A DNA stretch of 61,639 nucleotides, filler included, from Circinaria calcarea (Eukaryota), in assembly GCA_051942165.1 (NCBI GenBank). It is 23 parts of 23 records of this genome, joined end to end, with 100 filler letters (N's around TTAATTAATTAA, not from the genome) between each part and the next. Parts side by side here need not be neighbours in the genome. Positions count along the whole stretch, not along the records: positions 24,261 to 26,845 come from JAVECS010003411.1; positions 26,946 to 29,527 come from JAVECS010003412.1; positions 29,628 to 32,209 come from JAVECS010003413.1; positions 32,310 to 34,890 come from JAVECS010003414.1; positions 34,991 to 37,570 come from JAVECS010003415.1; 18 more parts are not named here. The stretch is one strand, 5' to 3'. Both the position numbers and the translations under genes were made by a program. Below, piece after piece: positions 24,460-36,396 of the stretch. The notes beneath the pieces were generated by a model. It ran no database searches, was not told the origin of the DNA, and worked only from the letters and a program-made list of their open reading frames with translations. How positions within the stretch are numbered: position 1 is the stretch's first letter; each line of letters opens with the position of its first letter.

Positions 24460-24466
24460 GTGGTTG

Positions 24467-25919
24467 TGTTACAATATGCGAAGCTTGACTGCCTTGATAG
24501 CTTAAAGAAACTGGAAATGCGCTATATAAATAACAGCATTGCAGCGCATGCCCACTGGACCCTGAAACCCTTAGTGTAACCCCGATACGCGCAGCATGGG
24601 CACTAGCCCATTACTAGCAGGGTATGGTGACACACTATAACACTCCCCCTGGAACCATGGCCTGCGTCACGTGTTCCCCTGAGCCCCAAAGGCACCTCCA
24701 TATCCAAGTCCCCGGAGCTGCAGCTCCATATCATAGCCTATGACCAACATAACGTGCCCCTGAGTTCAGTGGGACTCTTCCTCGAGCCATGACTCAGCGC
24801 CAGCATGCCTTTCAAATTCAGAGGGACCTTATCATATTCATATGCCTTTCAATACCTCTTATGCCCCTGTGATAGCGTGTCTCTTGCTTTCACAAGCTCT
24901 GCCCTGCGCTCTAGCCTGGCATCCTTGACTTCCGCCTTGCCTGCAGGCGGTGGTGCCAGCGCTGGCGCAGGCGCAGGCGTGCCATACCTTTCGATCTTAG
25001 ACTCCCCTCGCTCCCTAGCAGGGCAGCGGTCCTGTTTATGCCCTACCACTTGGCACCAATAGCATGTCGGAGTGAAATATCCACCCCCTTGACCTCCGGA
25101 ACGGAATGCCTTGAATCCTTTAGCCGTAGGCCCATACTCCACGGCATCTTGCTTCGTTTTGGCCCGCGTGTTTTCATCTAGTAGCATGGCCCTGGCACGC
25201 TCCGCCGTTATGCCCTCCGTAACACCCCATATTTGCGTGATCGAACGGTATTATTCCGCGCCCTGAAGCGCCATAGTTAGACATAATAGCGTGCGTTTAT
25301 CAGGCGTTATTACGATCTTCGTGGTATTAATACGTTCCTCTAACAGCTTGACCTTAGTAAGGAATTCTGAAAGAGTTGTTTCTGCATTCGACACATAATG
25401 GAGTGATAGTATTCCTTATTAAGCTGCATTTATTAAACCTCCCCCGAGGGCCTACATATAGCCGTGCATCACTTCATCAGCATATAAACGTTATTGAACT
25501 CCGCATCAGTAAGTTTCTGCTTAATACCTGCTAAAATAGTGAGCGTTATATAATCGGCGGCTTCCTCGTATTTCTCCTGCTCTTCTTCATAGCTTCTGGG
25601 CCTGTTAGTGACTGCGTATACTGCCATAGGGTCTTAAGGCGCAGTGCAGCACGTATATCCATAATCCAGTCACCATAATTCTTCTCCGTCAACAGCATTG
25701 TCTTAACTCTTAGCTCTTTTTCAGCCATAACAGCAATGGCAGCACGAGACAGCAAGAATAGTGGTAGCACGTAGCAGGAATAGTGGCATTAAGCAGTAAG
25801 AACAGTAACAAGAATGGCTTAACGTAGCCTGCAAAACGGAAGGCAGTATGCAACAGGAATGCCCAGTGGAAATGCTGCCGGGCTCATAACCTGTTACAAT
25901 ATGCGAAGATTGACTGCCT
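24467..25919 (-). mobile_element. Gag-only Copia-type LTR element A (degenerate)
   Basis: 3' LTR 24467-24642 (176 bp, TGTTA...TAACA) and PPT agggggag at 24643-24650 (minus strand). Broken gag at about 25729-24849 (LTEKNYGDW...LWQYT; EFLTKVKLLEERI; CYWCQVVGHKQDRC). PBS ggttatgagcccggc at 25877-25891. 5' LTR remnant 25892-25919 matches the other LTR at 27 of 28 bp. Confidence 0.85.
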
Positions 25920-26159
25920 GCCCTGAAACGAAGTGAAATGAAGTGGAAGGGTTTAACTTCGGCACAAGATTTTCCGAACCGAACCAAAATTTTGCGGTGT
26001 TCTCACTCTGGCCGCAAAAATTATCTGATTAGGTTTAATTTATCGCTCGATCAGGCCTAGTTTTTCGCTCAAACGGGCCTAGTTTTTCGCTCGAATAGGA
26101 AAAATATCTACTACATTCAGCGTAACGTACTAATTTTATGCTGAGCTTATGCTATTTTA

Positions 26160-26390
26160 TGCTTCTTATTATACTATGCTATACTGCGTGCTATGCCATA
26201 CTACGTGCTCTTTCCATGCTATACTGCGTGCTATGCTATGCTGCGTGCTATGCTATGCTGCGTGCTATGCTATGCTGCGTGCTATGCTATGCTGCGTGCT
26301 ATGCTACGTGCTATTTCCATACTATGCCGCCAGCTATGCTATGCTGCGTGCTATACTCTATATTATACTACGTGCTATTTCCATACTATT
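26160..26390 (+). repeat. 17-bp minisatellite (gctatgctatgctgcgt)n with degenerate flanking units
   Basis: About four near-perfect tandem units around 26230-26300, flanked by variants differing mostly by G>A or C>T. This repeat explains the low-complexity ORFs at 26138-26471. Confidence 0.85.
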
Positions 26391-27747
26391 GTAAGGGCGC
26401 TGCAATCCTTGGGGCCTATTGAGGAATATGATAAGTCCCGATTAGTAATAACACGGTTACATAAAATGTAGTTAAACTATTGCCCTAGGCTCAATATCAA
26501 TAAATAATATTGAACACGGTCTATAAACATGCTATTCTAAAAAACGCGGAATAGCTTATTTATATAATACTGATATTCCTCAATAATCCCTTTAATCCCT
26601 GGGATCCCTAGAAACCACCGGGAATATAATATATAATGTATTCTTATTATTTCCTACTAAGTCCTGGAAGCACCCGGGAACGCTCGGCTCCTAGTTGCCC
26701 CGTTCCGGTATTTAGCCTATTAGAATATAATATCGTGTTATAATAATTATGCCGTTAATTATATTATATTCTATATTATATTTTATATTATATTTTATAT
26801 TATATTCCGTTTTATATTATATTTTATATTTATATGATTTTATACNNNNNNNNNNNNNNNNNNNNNNNNNNNNNNNNNNNNNNNNNNNNTTAATTAATTA
26901 ANNNNNNNNNNNNNNNNNNNNNNNNNNNNNNNNNNNNNNNNNNNNGGATGACTTTCACCCGCTGCTTCGGATTCTAGAGACATGGGATCTTTTTCTAATT
27001 AAATTCCTAACGTATCTTACTTTGGGGGATACGTCAGGTGGATTGCTGATAGCTCAACCCCCCCCCCTTCCCCGGTTTAAACCACCTGTGATGTGATCGT
27101 CCTCATAAAACCTCAGCAGTACACAAGTGCAAGTACCATATCTACCTACTCCCCCATTTCCCCATGGCCGGATACTTCTACCCGCTTATCCAGCCCCCCC
27201 CTTTTCCCCCAGAATCCAAACGATGGAAAAGGGGAAGCATGGACGGGTAGCGTAATTTCACCCCTTTCCCTCCGCTCCTCCGCACATACGGCAGTTGCAA
27301 TGGGAAAGTTTCTCCAGTTGCAGCCCGATGATGGCACTCGTGACTTGTGTACTGGCGCAAATGATGGTGGCGTATGATGAAACAACTCAACTAGAGGGAA
27401 ACTGAAAATTCTAATGGATGTTTATCCGATAGGAGAGGTTGCCAAAAAGGGGAAGCATGAATTCCGCATTATCGGTCTTCCTGGGCGTGGGTGTTCGGGA
27501 AACTAACTTCTGAATATCATAGGCATCATGCCTCATACCTGAGTCGTCGTCCACTCCGGAGGTTAGCTAGAGTTAAGGAGGGGGGAAGAAAGCTTGGGCC
27601 GGCGTCGTCGTTTCTGATGAAAATAATCAAGACAAACACTTGGCTGCGCTTTGAGTCCATTTTAGCTCATCACAACTATGAGACACATCACTCAAGGAGC
27701 TTGCAGAGGTCTCATTACAATTAGTGGTATCTTAAAAGTTGGGTGTA

Positions 27748-28553
27748 TTAAAAGAACCGAAAATATACGAACAACAGTATCACCAGTCCCAGACCTACAT
27801 ACGGGGCATACATCTTCAGCAGAAGCTCCCAGTTTATCCGCACAGCTGCTTTCCGGTACTTTCGACTATCTTCCCGTAGCCTGCCTGACATCTCCCCCAT
27901 CCGTTCCAGACTATCCCCCCGGTATAACAAGTCTTCAATGTTTTTCGTCATGACTTTCGTTACATCCCTTAACTCATCGTTTAACTTGTCTAGGTTTTGC
28001 GAGGCGCGGCTATCTTGGTAGGTCTTTTTCGTTCGTTGGATGAATGTGTCAAATTCGACAAAGGCGTAAGGTCGGCAGGTGGGAGAGAGGTAACTTGAGG
28101 AGCTGTAGGTTGTGGTGAACTCGGCCGAAAGGTCGGAGAGGTAGGTGAAGGCTAGTTTGCGAGGATAGGATTTGTCGCAAATGCAGAGGAAGCAGACTGA
28201 GTCGGCGATTAGGTAGCTGGTGAGAAGGTCAACGGAGGTTGGCGACAGCAGGTGATATCAATCATACTGTATTGTGTATTTACCGCATTCTACAGTAGCC
28301 TGTGGTTCAGAGTTCCGGTTCAATCGACGAAGCACCATCTTGGCGTTGGCTTTGGGTTCTGAAAGCTCCGCTTCTGACTAGAACATATCAGGGAGTTGAA
28401 TGTTCGGAGCGCATCAGTTTGAATGTTACCTGCTCATCGTCGACTGAAGCTGCTAGCATAAGACCTAGCAGTGTATTAGATACTCCATTTACTTAAAGTC
28501 ATATAGAAGCGATACCCACCATCTGTTCTCGCTATCTGCGTGGATAATACCAT
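27748..28553 (-). CDS. SEC22: R-SNARE Sec22, 4 exons
   Basis: MVLSTQIARTDG|LMLAASVDDEQ|...|YLI...DKSYPRKLAFTYLSDL...RPYAFVEFDTFIQRTKKTYQDSRASQNLDKLNDELRDVTKVMTKNIEDLLYRGDSLERM, then a C-terminal transmembrane segment. Confidence 0.95.
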
Positions 28554-28939
28554 GTTGACGAATGGAAGCCTTTGATTGTGAATGGTGTTGGTCAACCAGA
28601 AGGACGTGTGATAGGTCTGTAGCAGTAGAAGTGTGCGTCTGCTGTAGCCTGTACAGAAGTGCTTTCTCGGGATTAGGGCCAAAACATTGCCATGACATGG
28701 ACCGGACCCATGTCTAAGATCGTCACTGGGATACTCGTCCTTCCATCATCCCGAGCCACTAGAGCAGCGGAATTGCAGGGGTGGCCAAAAAACACGTGGG
28801 ATAACCGTTTGAAGCTCCGAGCTCTCCAATTCAGACGACATACTTTATTTACCCATGGATGACCCTATTCCACGCTCACTTTTACTCCTCCCTTTCAATT
28901 CCTGTTTGATGGAGATTCTTTGCATTCCACATTACTCAA

Positions 28940-29527
28940 ATGGCCGGTAACAAGAAGAGGGCTGCGAAAAAAGATCCGTGGACCGACGAAGAGCTACTAT
29001 TCAGTGCCAAGTCAAAGCTCCTCGACGTGGATTTGGAGGTCTGAAGCACTCGTATGAAGACCGTTATTATATTCTTAACTAATGTTTTTTTAGAAGTACT
29101 TTGCTGATCCACAAGCCTGGGAATTACTTGATGAATCCGAAAAAACCCAACTCCGTGCCTTGCTACCTTCCCACATCGCCCTCAATGAAGACGGATCGAT
29201 ACCGCAACATTTTCTAAAATATGACGCCGACTGGCGGAATGCCCTCCGCCAATTCCAAGTGGACCTCGAAGCTGGTCGGTATGATGCTGATTGGCTGGAA
29301 GAAGCTGCCCAAGCAATGGAAGAGCGTGCAGCCGGAGACTTTGACGGTTTCAAAGAGCGAGAGTTTGAAGAATTCTGGGGACAGAAGCAGAGGCTGTCTC
29401 ACAGTGCTATTGCCGGGGATATGACAACGCTAAAGCTGGAAGTGCTTGTTAAGGCAGGCTTGTACAAGGTTGGTGATGTTTGGAGCTTTTCCAAAACAGT
29501 AGGGCGTGGCAAGAAGGGAGTCGTCGT
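28940..29527 (+). CDS. Asx-homology (ASXH/DEUBAD) domain protein, 3'-partial
   Basis: ATG at 28940 and an intron at about 29039-29093. AWELLDESEKTQLRALLP...FLKYDADWRNALRQFQVDLEAGRYDADWLEEAAQAMEERAAGDFD...EEFWGQKQ. Confidence 0.8.
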
Positions 29528-29627
29528 NNNNNNNNNNNNNNNNNNNNNNNNNNNNNNNNNNNNNNNNNNNNTTAATTAATTAANNNNNNNNNNNNNNNNN
29601 NNNNNNNNNNNNNNNNNNNNNNNNNNN

Positions 29628-31007
29628 TATGAAGAACCGCTAAAGCTTCTGAAGTCCCAGATCATGAAGTCCCTTACAAGAAAAAAGCGACTACCACTAG
29701 TTGGACTGGACGAAGAATACCAAAAGGTACACCAGGTTGTCGAACAAACTGTGACTGCCGGAGAAGGGAACTCTATGCTTGTTATCGGAGCTCGGGGTAG
29801 TGCAAAGACGACACTGGTGGAGACTGTCTTATCGCAAATCCAGCTCGATCATCATGATGACTTTCATATCGTTAGACTCAATGGGTTTATTCATACAGAT
29901 GATAAAATTGCCTTGAAAGAAACATGGCGTCAGCTCGGTCGAGAAATGGACGTTGAGGATGAAGCAATGGGTGCTAGAAGTAATTATGCAGATACTCTTG
30001 CCTCTCTACTCGCGCTACTATCTCACCCTGCAGAGTTATCAGCTGATGAGGTGCACGAGGACTACACCGCCAAATCTGTAGTCTTTGTTCTGGATGAGTT
30101 TGACTTCTTTGCATCCCATTCTAGGCAGACGTTACTCTACAACCTCTTTGACATCGCTCAGTCCCGCAAAGCACCAATTGCAGTCCTTGGACTTACAACC
30201 AAAGTTGATGTCGTCGAAAGTCTAGAGAAGAGAGTGAAAAGCCGGTTCAGCCATCGTTATGTTCACTTGTCCCTTCCTCAATCTTTCAACGCTTTTCGGG
30301 ATATTTGCCAGTCTGCTCTGACTTACTCGACGGGCGGATCAGATTCGGGTATTGCCTCTTTCAAACATCGTTTACAGCAAGAGGATTCTCCAACTCAACG
30401 TTTGGGTTCTGCGTGGAGAAATTATGTGTCTAGTCTCCTCTGCGACGATCCTAACCTCAATTTCCTCCTCCGAATGATATACGCTCACACAAAATCGGTC
30501 TCCCAGTTCTTCGCTGCATGTCTTATTCCCGTTCTCTCCTTGTCCCCCGCACACGTTCCTACTGGAACCGACTTCGCCTCGAACATCCTATCGCCTCCGG
30601 ACTCGAAAATCCATATCTTACGCGGTTTATCCGATCTCGAGCTATCACTACTCATCGCTGCAGCAAGATTAGACATTATCCTTGATAGCGACACTTGTAA
30701 CTTCAACATGGCATATGAGGAATATACGATGCTGGCCGGGAGAGCTAAGCTATATAGCAGCGCATCGGGGGCCGCCGCACTGGGTAACGGTGCAAGAGTA
30801 TGGGGAAGAGAGGTGGCCATGGGTGCATGGGAGAGACTGGAGGCGTTGGAATTGCTTGTGCCGGCGCTCGGTGCCGGGGGAGGTGGCAGTATGGCAGACG
30901 TTGGCAGGACAGGGAAACTCTGGAGAGTTGACGTTGGGCTAGAGGAGATTGGAGGTAGTGGAGTCGAGATGAGCTCGGTGATGGCAAAGTGGTGCAGGGA
31001 AATTTGA
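29628..31007 (+). CDS. ORC4: Origin recognition complex subunit 4 (5'-partial)
   Basis: GEGNSMLVIGARGSAKT (Walker A), VRLNGFIHTDD, VFVLDEFDFFASHSRQTLLYNLFD, LEKRVKSRFSHR. Confidence 0.93.
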   Translation, partial: YEEPLKLLKSQIMKSLTRKKRLPLVGLDEEYQKVHQVVEQTVTAGEGNSMLVIGARGSAKTTLVETVLSQIQLDHHDDFHIVRLNGFIHTDDKIALKETWRQLGREMDVEDEAMGARSNYADTLASLLALLSHPAELSADEVHEDYTAKSVVFVLDEFDFFASHSRQTLLYNLFDIAQSRKAPIAVLGLTTKVDVVESLEKRVKSRFSHRYVHLSLPQSFNAFRDICQSALTYSTGGSDSGIASFKHRLQQEDSPTQRLGSAWRNYVSSLLCDDPNLNFLLRMIYAHTKSVSQFFAACLIPVLSLSPAHVPTGTDFASNILSPPDSKIHILRGLSDLELSLLIAAARLDIILDSDTCNFNMAYEEYTMLAGRAKLYSSASGAAALGNGARVWGREVAMGAWERLEALELLVPALGAGGGGSMADVGRTGKLWRVDVGLEEIGGSGVEMSSVMAKWCREI

Positions 31008-31499
31008 AAGAGTGCGTCAGTTCGAGTGAGGAGATGTGGTTTAGCCAAATCTGATGAACGGGCCTCCGACCCTTGGCTGTTTCGGGGAGGAACTGAGATA
31101 GTAACGTATGACACTTCCAATACTACAATGACCCGTTCAATCTTTACGCGTTTAACCGGGTTCGGTTACCCATATCAATGCTAATATTCACGCCTCTGTT
31201 TTCAATAATCTCATACTATCGCCTGGGTACATCTAACGGCAACCTACACATTCATCCACCCAGGTGAGCCAACAGAACTTTTCTCATCACGGCTGTCATG
31301 TGTACCTTCAATCGTTGACTCTACACCAACCTAGTGTGTGTTCTAGCCCAGCGCCTTCCAACACGATTTGGGAGCCCTAAGTAGATGCCTGAGCCCGGCT
31401 AATTTTACCGATACGTTTTATGTAATTATCCGGAAGGTCTTTGCATTGCTCCGGTTATCTGCTCTCACTCACTTTTGCGGCACTCTCCACCTTCAGGAC

Positions 31500-32209
31500 A
31501 TGAAGACGCATGGCGTGACTCCTGCCATGGCTGATTCGTCACTTAGCGTCATTGGAAAGTATGTGTACCTCAAACCCCTCTCACCTCTGTGCTGCGTACC
31601 CTGAGACTGATCGGCATATGGATAGGCTGGCATGGGGTTCCATGGTGGCAGTTGAGGTTGGCGCCGGGAAAAAACAGTTTCTAATTCATAAGAACCTCTT
31701 ACTTGGCCACGCGTCGGATTTCTTCACCGCAGCCCTTTGCGGTCAATTTGTCGAGGCCCAAACGGACATCATCATCCTCCCGGAAGAAGAGCCCACCACC
31801 TTTGAGCTCTTCGTGGATTGGCTCTATCGAGGTCGGATCCCGGACATCCCCGTGAGAGACGGATGGGGCAACTCATCGTTTAAAGCCATGGAGACGGAAG
31901 GTTTCCTCGACGTCGAATCAACCTATCACAACCTCTACTACATGGCCGAAAAATGGTGCATCGCAGCGCTGAAAAGTCACATCATGGATCGCATCCGCCG
32001 GTTCCACTTCCTGACCGATACCACCGTCCACCCAAGCCTGATCGAAGCGGGATACGTCAATACCCCTGAAGGGTCGTCCATGCGGGAATATCTTTCCCGA
32101 GCGGGGGCTTTTGCGTTGAAATACCCGAGTAGCGATTATGTCTTGGGGATCCGGAATCATCTTCAATCGAGCTCTCAGGACTTTTTGCTTGATGTGCTGG
32201 GGATCTTTC
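31500..32209 (+). CDS. BTB/POZ domain protein, 3'-partial
   Basis: Probable ATG at 31500 and an intron at about 31559-31624. VEVGAGKKQFLIHKNLL...SDFFTAALCGQFVEA...ILPEEEPTTFELFVDWLYRG...LYYMAEKW. Confidence 0.8.
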
Positions 32210-32309
32210 NNNNNNNNNNNNNNNNNNNNNNNNNNNNNNNNNNNNNNNNNNNNTTAATTAATTAANNNNNNNNNNNNNNNNNNNNNNNNNNNNNNNNNNN
32301 NNNNNNNNN

Positions 32310-32964
32310 GAAGCCGCATTTGGATATAGAACTGCGTTGCCGTCCCAAGCAGGCGCATACAATTTGGCGAGCATGATTGTAACATAAGGGATGAGTGCTT
32401 GTGCTAACACGGACGACGTTGCTGAGCCACTGTGCCAAATTTAGCGACAACATGTGCATTCAATCTAGAGTTAAGCCCATACGCATGCCCATCATATATC
32501 CCCCAAAAGGACCACACACCGCCATGAAACAGCCCCATCGATGTTGATGCCAAGTCGTCTTCGATTGGTTCATTGGTTGAATGACGTGCAGAGTAAAAAC
32601 GATAGATACCACTATTTACGTCTCCAAGATTGTCCATTTCATTCAGGCGTAGGGTTGCTGATGCAGTCTTGACGATGCATGGTAACACCGCCTTGAATTG
32701 CCAATCGAGATCACTTACCAGCTTGGCTAAACCATCCGTATCGTCTTCTGGTACTGACTTTGATTCAGTTCTCTCCTCTCCGCTAGAAGTACGGTAGAAA
32801 ACCCATCCTGCAATACCAGCACATGCCACAGATAACACAGTAGGAGCCAATTTTATTAGATGGCCTCTAGTAGCATCATAGTGTCTTGAGCTAAAGCGTC
32901 GTCCTTGACAGAAAAGCTGAGTTGGTAAACGACGTGTATAAAGTCGGATGGCAAAGGCATGCAT
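32310..32964 (-). CDS. PP2C-family phosphatase, mitochondrial pyruvate dehydrogenase phosphatase (Ptc5)-like, N-terminal part
   Basis: Arg-rich presequence-like start (MHAFAIRLYTRR), then STNEPIEDD and WSFWGIYDGHA (PP2C motifs 1 and 2), followed by a GT donor. Confidence 0.65.
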
Positions 32965-33658
32965 GCTGACAGAGACAAAATCCAGATCAAGATTTTGAGA
33001 TATATCAAACAAACCGGTAAGATTCTGGATACTTGGAAGCGTGTTGATGGGAGTTGATTGATCTAGATTTGCCCCAGGATTGATCAGCAATAAGCAAAGG
33101 CCGAAGAAGCGTTTGTAATAAAAGATCGAGATATTAATCTCTCCCGGGCCCCGTTCACTCTCAGCAATATTGCTCTTAGGCAGATATGAGCATGTATCTT
33201 TATACCCTCCCTCAACATCAACCTGTTGTAGGTTGAAGGAGGCCAAATGGCTGGGCTTGTTGCCGAGGCATCAAATCAAAGCGCGTTACGTCGCGGCAGC
33301 GCTGCATCTGCTGTACGACACCAGATCCCAATGGCTGCCTTCCGAGGAAATGGTGCATACTCCGTAGAATGGCTGGCTGTGAGTGAAAAATGGGTGCTGC
33401 AGTAAGTCAAACCTCGTCTATGTTTGATCTCCTTGTATCTAGTAGGAGTTGCTAAGGACGAGGCAGTTTATAATGTGGGAGGAAGCATGACGCGGGCCGC
33501 GTTGAGCTTTCTCGATCACCTTTTACACTACGTCATTCTACTTTGTTGTGCAGTCATTGAATTGCAATACCGTTTAGTTACCAGACACGTATTCATTAAA
33601 AGCTGAGTCTTTTCATTGCTACATTGTCCATGCCAGAATTACGCACTTCCCCGGTCTC

Positions 33659-34890
33659 TCAGTCTACTGATGCTGGCGTCAATGCTACCTTCGCCCCGTT
33701 TAGGCCTGTACATGTTAGTGTAAGCCACTCAACCCACGGCCCTGCGTCTCGGCTTTCTATTGACTTGAACTCCTGCATCAGGCGGATCGTGGTGTAGCTT
33801 GCCTCTGTGAGAGCGAATTGTTCTGTAACATAGTTTAGCGCGCTTGTAAGCCCCACTCGAGCTGAGGATTCACATACGCCCAATACAGATTCTGGGACCT
33901 CCGTTGAATGGGAGATACTCCCATCCAGGCCTCAGCGTTTCCCACCTCTCGGGCTTGAACTCCTCGGCATCTTCTCCGTAAAAGTCTTTGCGTCGATGCA
34001 TAGTATACACCGACCATGCCACAACGCGACCTTTGGGAATGAATATAGGAGACTTCCCGTCCGGTCCACCTCCCAAAGGCAATACTGTGTCGACGATGGC
34101 TTGTCGGGAGTTTGCCGGCACTACTGGCAGCAAGCGAAGGGCTATGTTATGTTGTTAGCTGTCGGGGTTGTGAATGAAGGTAACGATGGTGGCTTACACT
34201 CGTTCATTACCGCTCTCAAGTATTTCATGTCCTTGATCTGTTCAAAAGTTGGGGCCACTCCTCCTAAAGCATCAACCTCCATGCGAAGTTTCGCCCATAC
34301 ATCGGGTCTTCTTGCTATTTCCCACCAGACATTACTATGTTTGTTAGTGGACAACTGTAAGTATCAGGGTTTAAATATACCTTAATAATGATGCAGTGGT
34401 GTCGCGGCCAGCCAGTAGTACATTTAGCAACTCACTTCGGATCTGATGTTTGTCCTGAGTTTGCGTGACGAGTTGCTGTAGGAACACGTAGCGCCCTTCG
34501 CCTTTCTCGGACTCCTGCGTCTCTCGACGTGCCATACCCTTCTCTACCAAGTTGTCGACAAAAGCGTGTACATACTTGGCATCACGGGCGAATTCTGGGT
34601 CCGGGATCAAAGAACCGAATCGACCATATCGCGCATGCCTGCTGATGGCATCCTGAGATCGGTTGAAAGCCTCCGCGAACTTTGCGTTTAGCTCGGTCGA
34701 AGTACCTGGAGCCAAGCAATTGGTCGATTCTCCAAACAGAAACTCGGTCGCAGAATCGATTGTCAAGCGAAAGAACAGATCTTGCAGATTGACTGTGGAG
34801 CCATCGCGAGGTATCGCCTGGATCAAGTGATTGACGTGCGTCTCGAAAGTCCGGAGATCGCCAATCTGACTTCGTACGAAGTTTGGCCTC
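33659..34890 (-). CDS. Cytochrome P450, CYP52-clan (alkane/fatty-acid hydroxylase-like), 5'-partial
   Basis: [78 protein letters not shown]. Three introns. Confidence 0.9.
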
Positions 34891-36396
34891 NNNNNNNNNN
34901 NNNNNNNNNNNNNNNNNNNNNNNNNNNNNNNNNNTTAATTAATTAANNNNNNNNNNNNNNNNNNNNNNNNNNNNNNNNNNNNNNNNNNNNGTTATTGGAA
35001 ATCACATTATTCACTTGGGATTCATCATGGACATAATAGTACAGCATCTCACACAACACGGTTCCAAGGAGAGGATTTGAATAAGATGGTGCTAAACGAG
35101 CCGAGTCTTATTCAATCTAACTGACTTGTTCTGGTAAGAGATGGGTTGACTCGATACAATGAAGGCAAGGTATGAAAGTAAGATTAACCTAACTTCACAG
35201 GGCCTCTTTTCGTGGCTGATCAAGGAGACGGCTCGAGGTCGGTCCATGATCTCGGAGCGTTGCTTGGACCCTTTTTCTCTTTCTGTGCCGCTTCTCCTAT
35301 ATGCGGCACCGAGGGGACAATAACTAGTAGGAAGGGTGGTGCCTGCGGGTTTAACCCCAAGCCGTGTGCGGCTTCTTCTAACTGCAATTCCGTTGGACTC
35401 TTGGTTTATTTCGCTCATCTCTCTGGGGAGACTTGCTGATTCGCTTGCTGGTTTTCTCTTTGCTCTTGAAGCCCCCTACCGCCGTCCCAACAACAGTATA
35501 CTATCTACCTCCTCCCGGGACCTTCTTTGGACTTAAGAGCCCTTACGTCGTCTTTCCCTTTTGCTATTCATCCAATCTTTATCTCTCCGTACCTCCCTCG
35601 TGGCTTCGATTGTTGCTACCAGGTCATAAAATCAACTGATTCGGTCTTTTACTCTTAGGTATGCCCTCATATCTTCTAGCGTTCGGGAAGCGCGAGGATC
35701 TCAGACGGAGGATGTCCGAGAGAGGAGTCAGTGTAGGCATTGATCCAGGTATCGAGAACGTATAGTCTTAAGAGGGCAATAAAGATGGTGTGAGTAAGTA
35801 TAGAGAGAATTCTCGAGGGTCGCGCGTTTTGGCTAATCTTTGCGAGTACCGACAATCGTATCTGGGTGATGTCTCATCTTCGATAGACATTCTCGTCCAT
35901 ATTATACGAGCTTTGCCTAGGGATGCTGTTCGAGCAAAGGTTCAATGCTTCTTGTATATCTGCGACGACAAAAGGAAGTTCGATGTCGGAAGAGTATGGT
36001 GGGAGACGGGCAGAAGTTAAACCGATGCGAGGCCACATTCTATTTTAAAAATCGCAAGTGGTACTCACTCTGACTGGAATGGAATGTTACTTATTACCTG
36101 ATAAACAAAAATTTTAGGTTATCTGTCCTTCTTTCGCTCGCCTTCTAGCCCTAGCGGCCTCATCTCTATGTGGCGGAGAAAATCTTACGAATTCCGAACT
36201 CCAATTCGGGAATCCGAGAAGGTTATTACCTCAAGTGCCAAATCGGCTACGGAGTATCCTCCCTCGATGTCAATTTAAAAAAAACTTTCTTATGATGGGC
36301 ATTATTATAGTCGTGTGAGGTTAAGATGGAGGAGATTCCTTGCACTATTTCCTCATTTCATCTTCCAGCCCCTGGATCAACCTCCTTACCAGAGTC

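Noticed and set aside
26138..26471. Three overlapping Cys/Tyr/Ala/Met-rich ORFs
   Set aside because: They are translations of the 17-bp minisatellite.
34991..36300. Several 65-110 aa ORFs upstream of the FAD monooxygenase
   Set aside because: No motifs and frequent stops in all frames; treated as intergenic or unrecognisably decayed.
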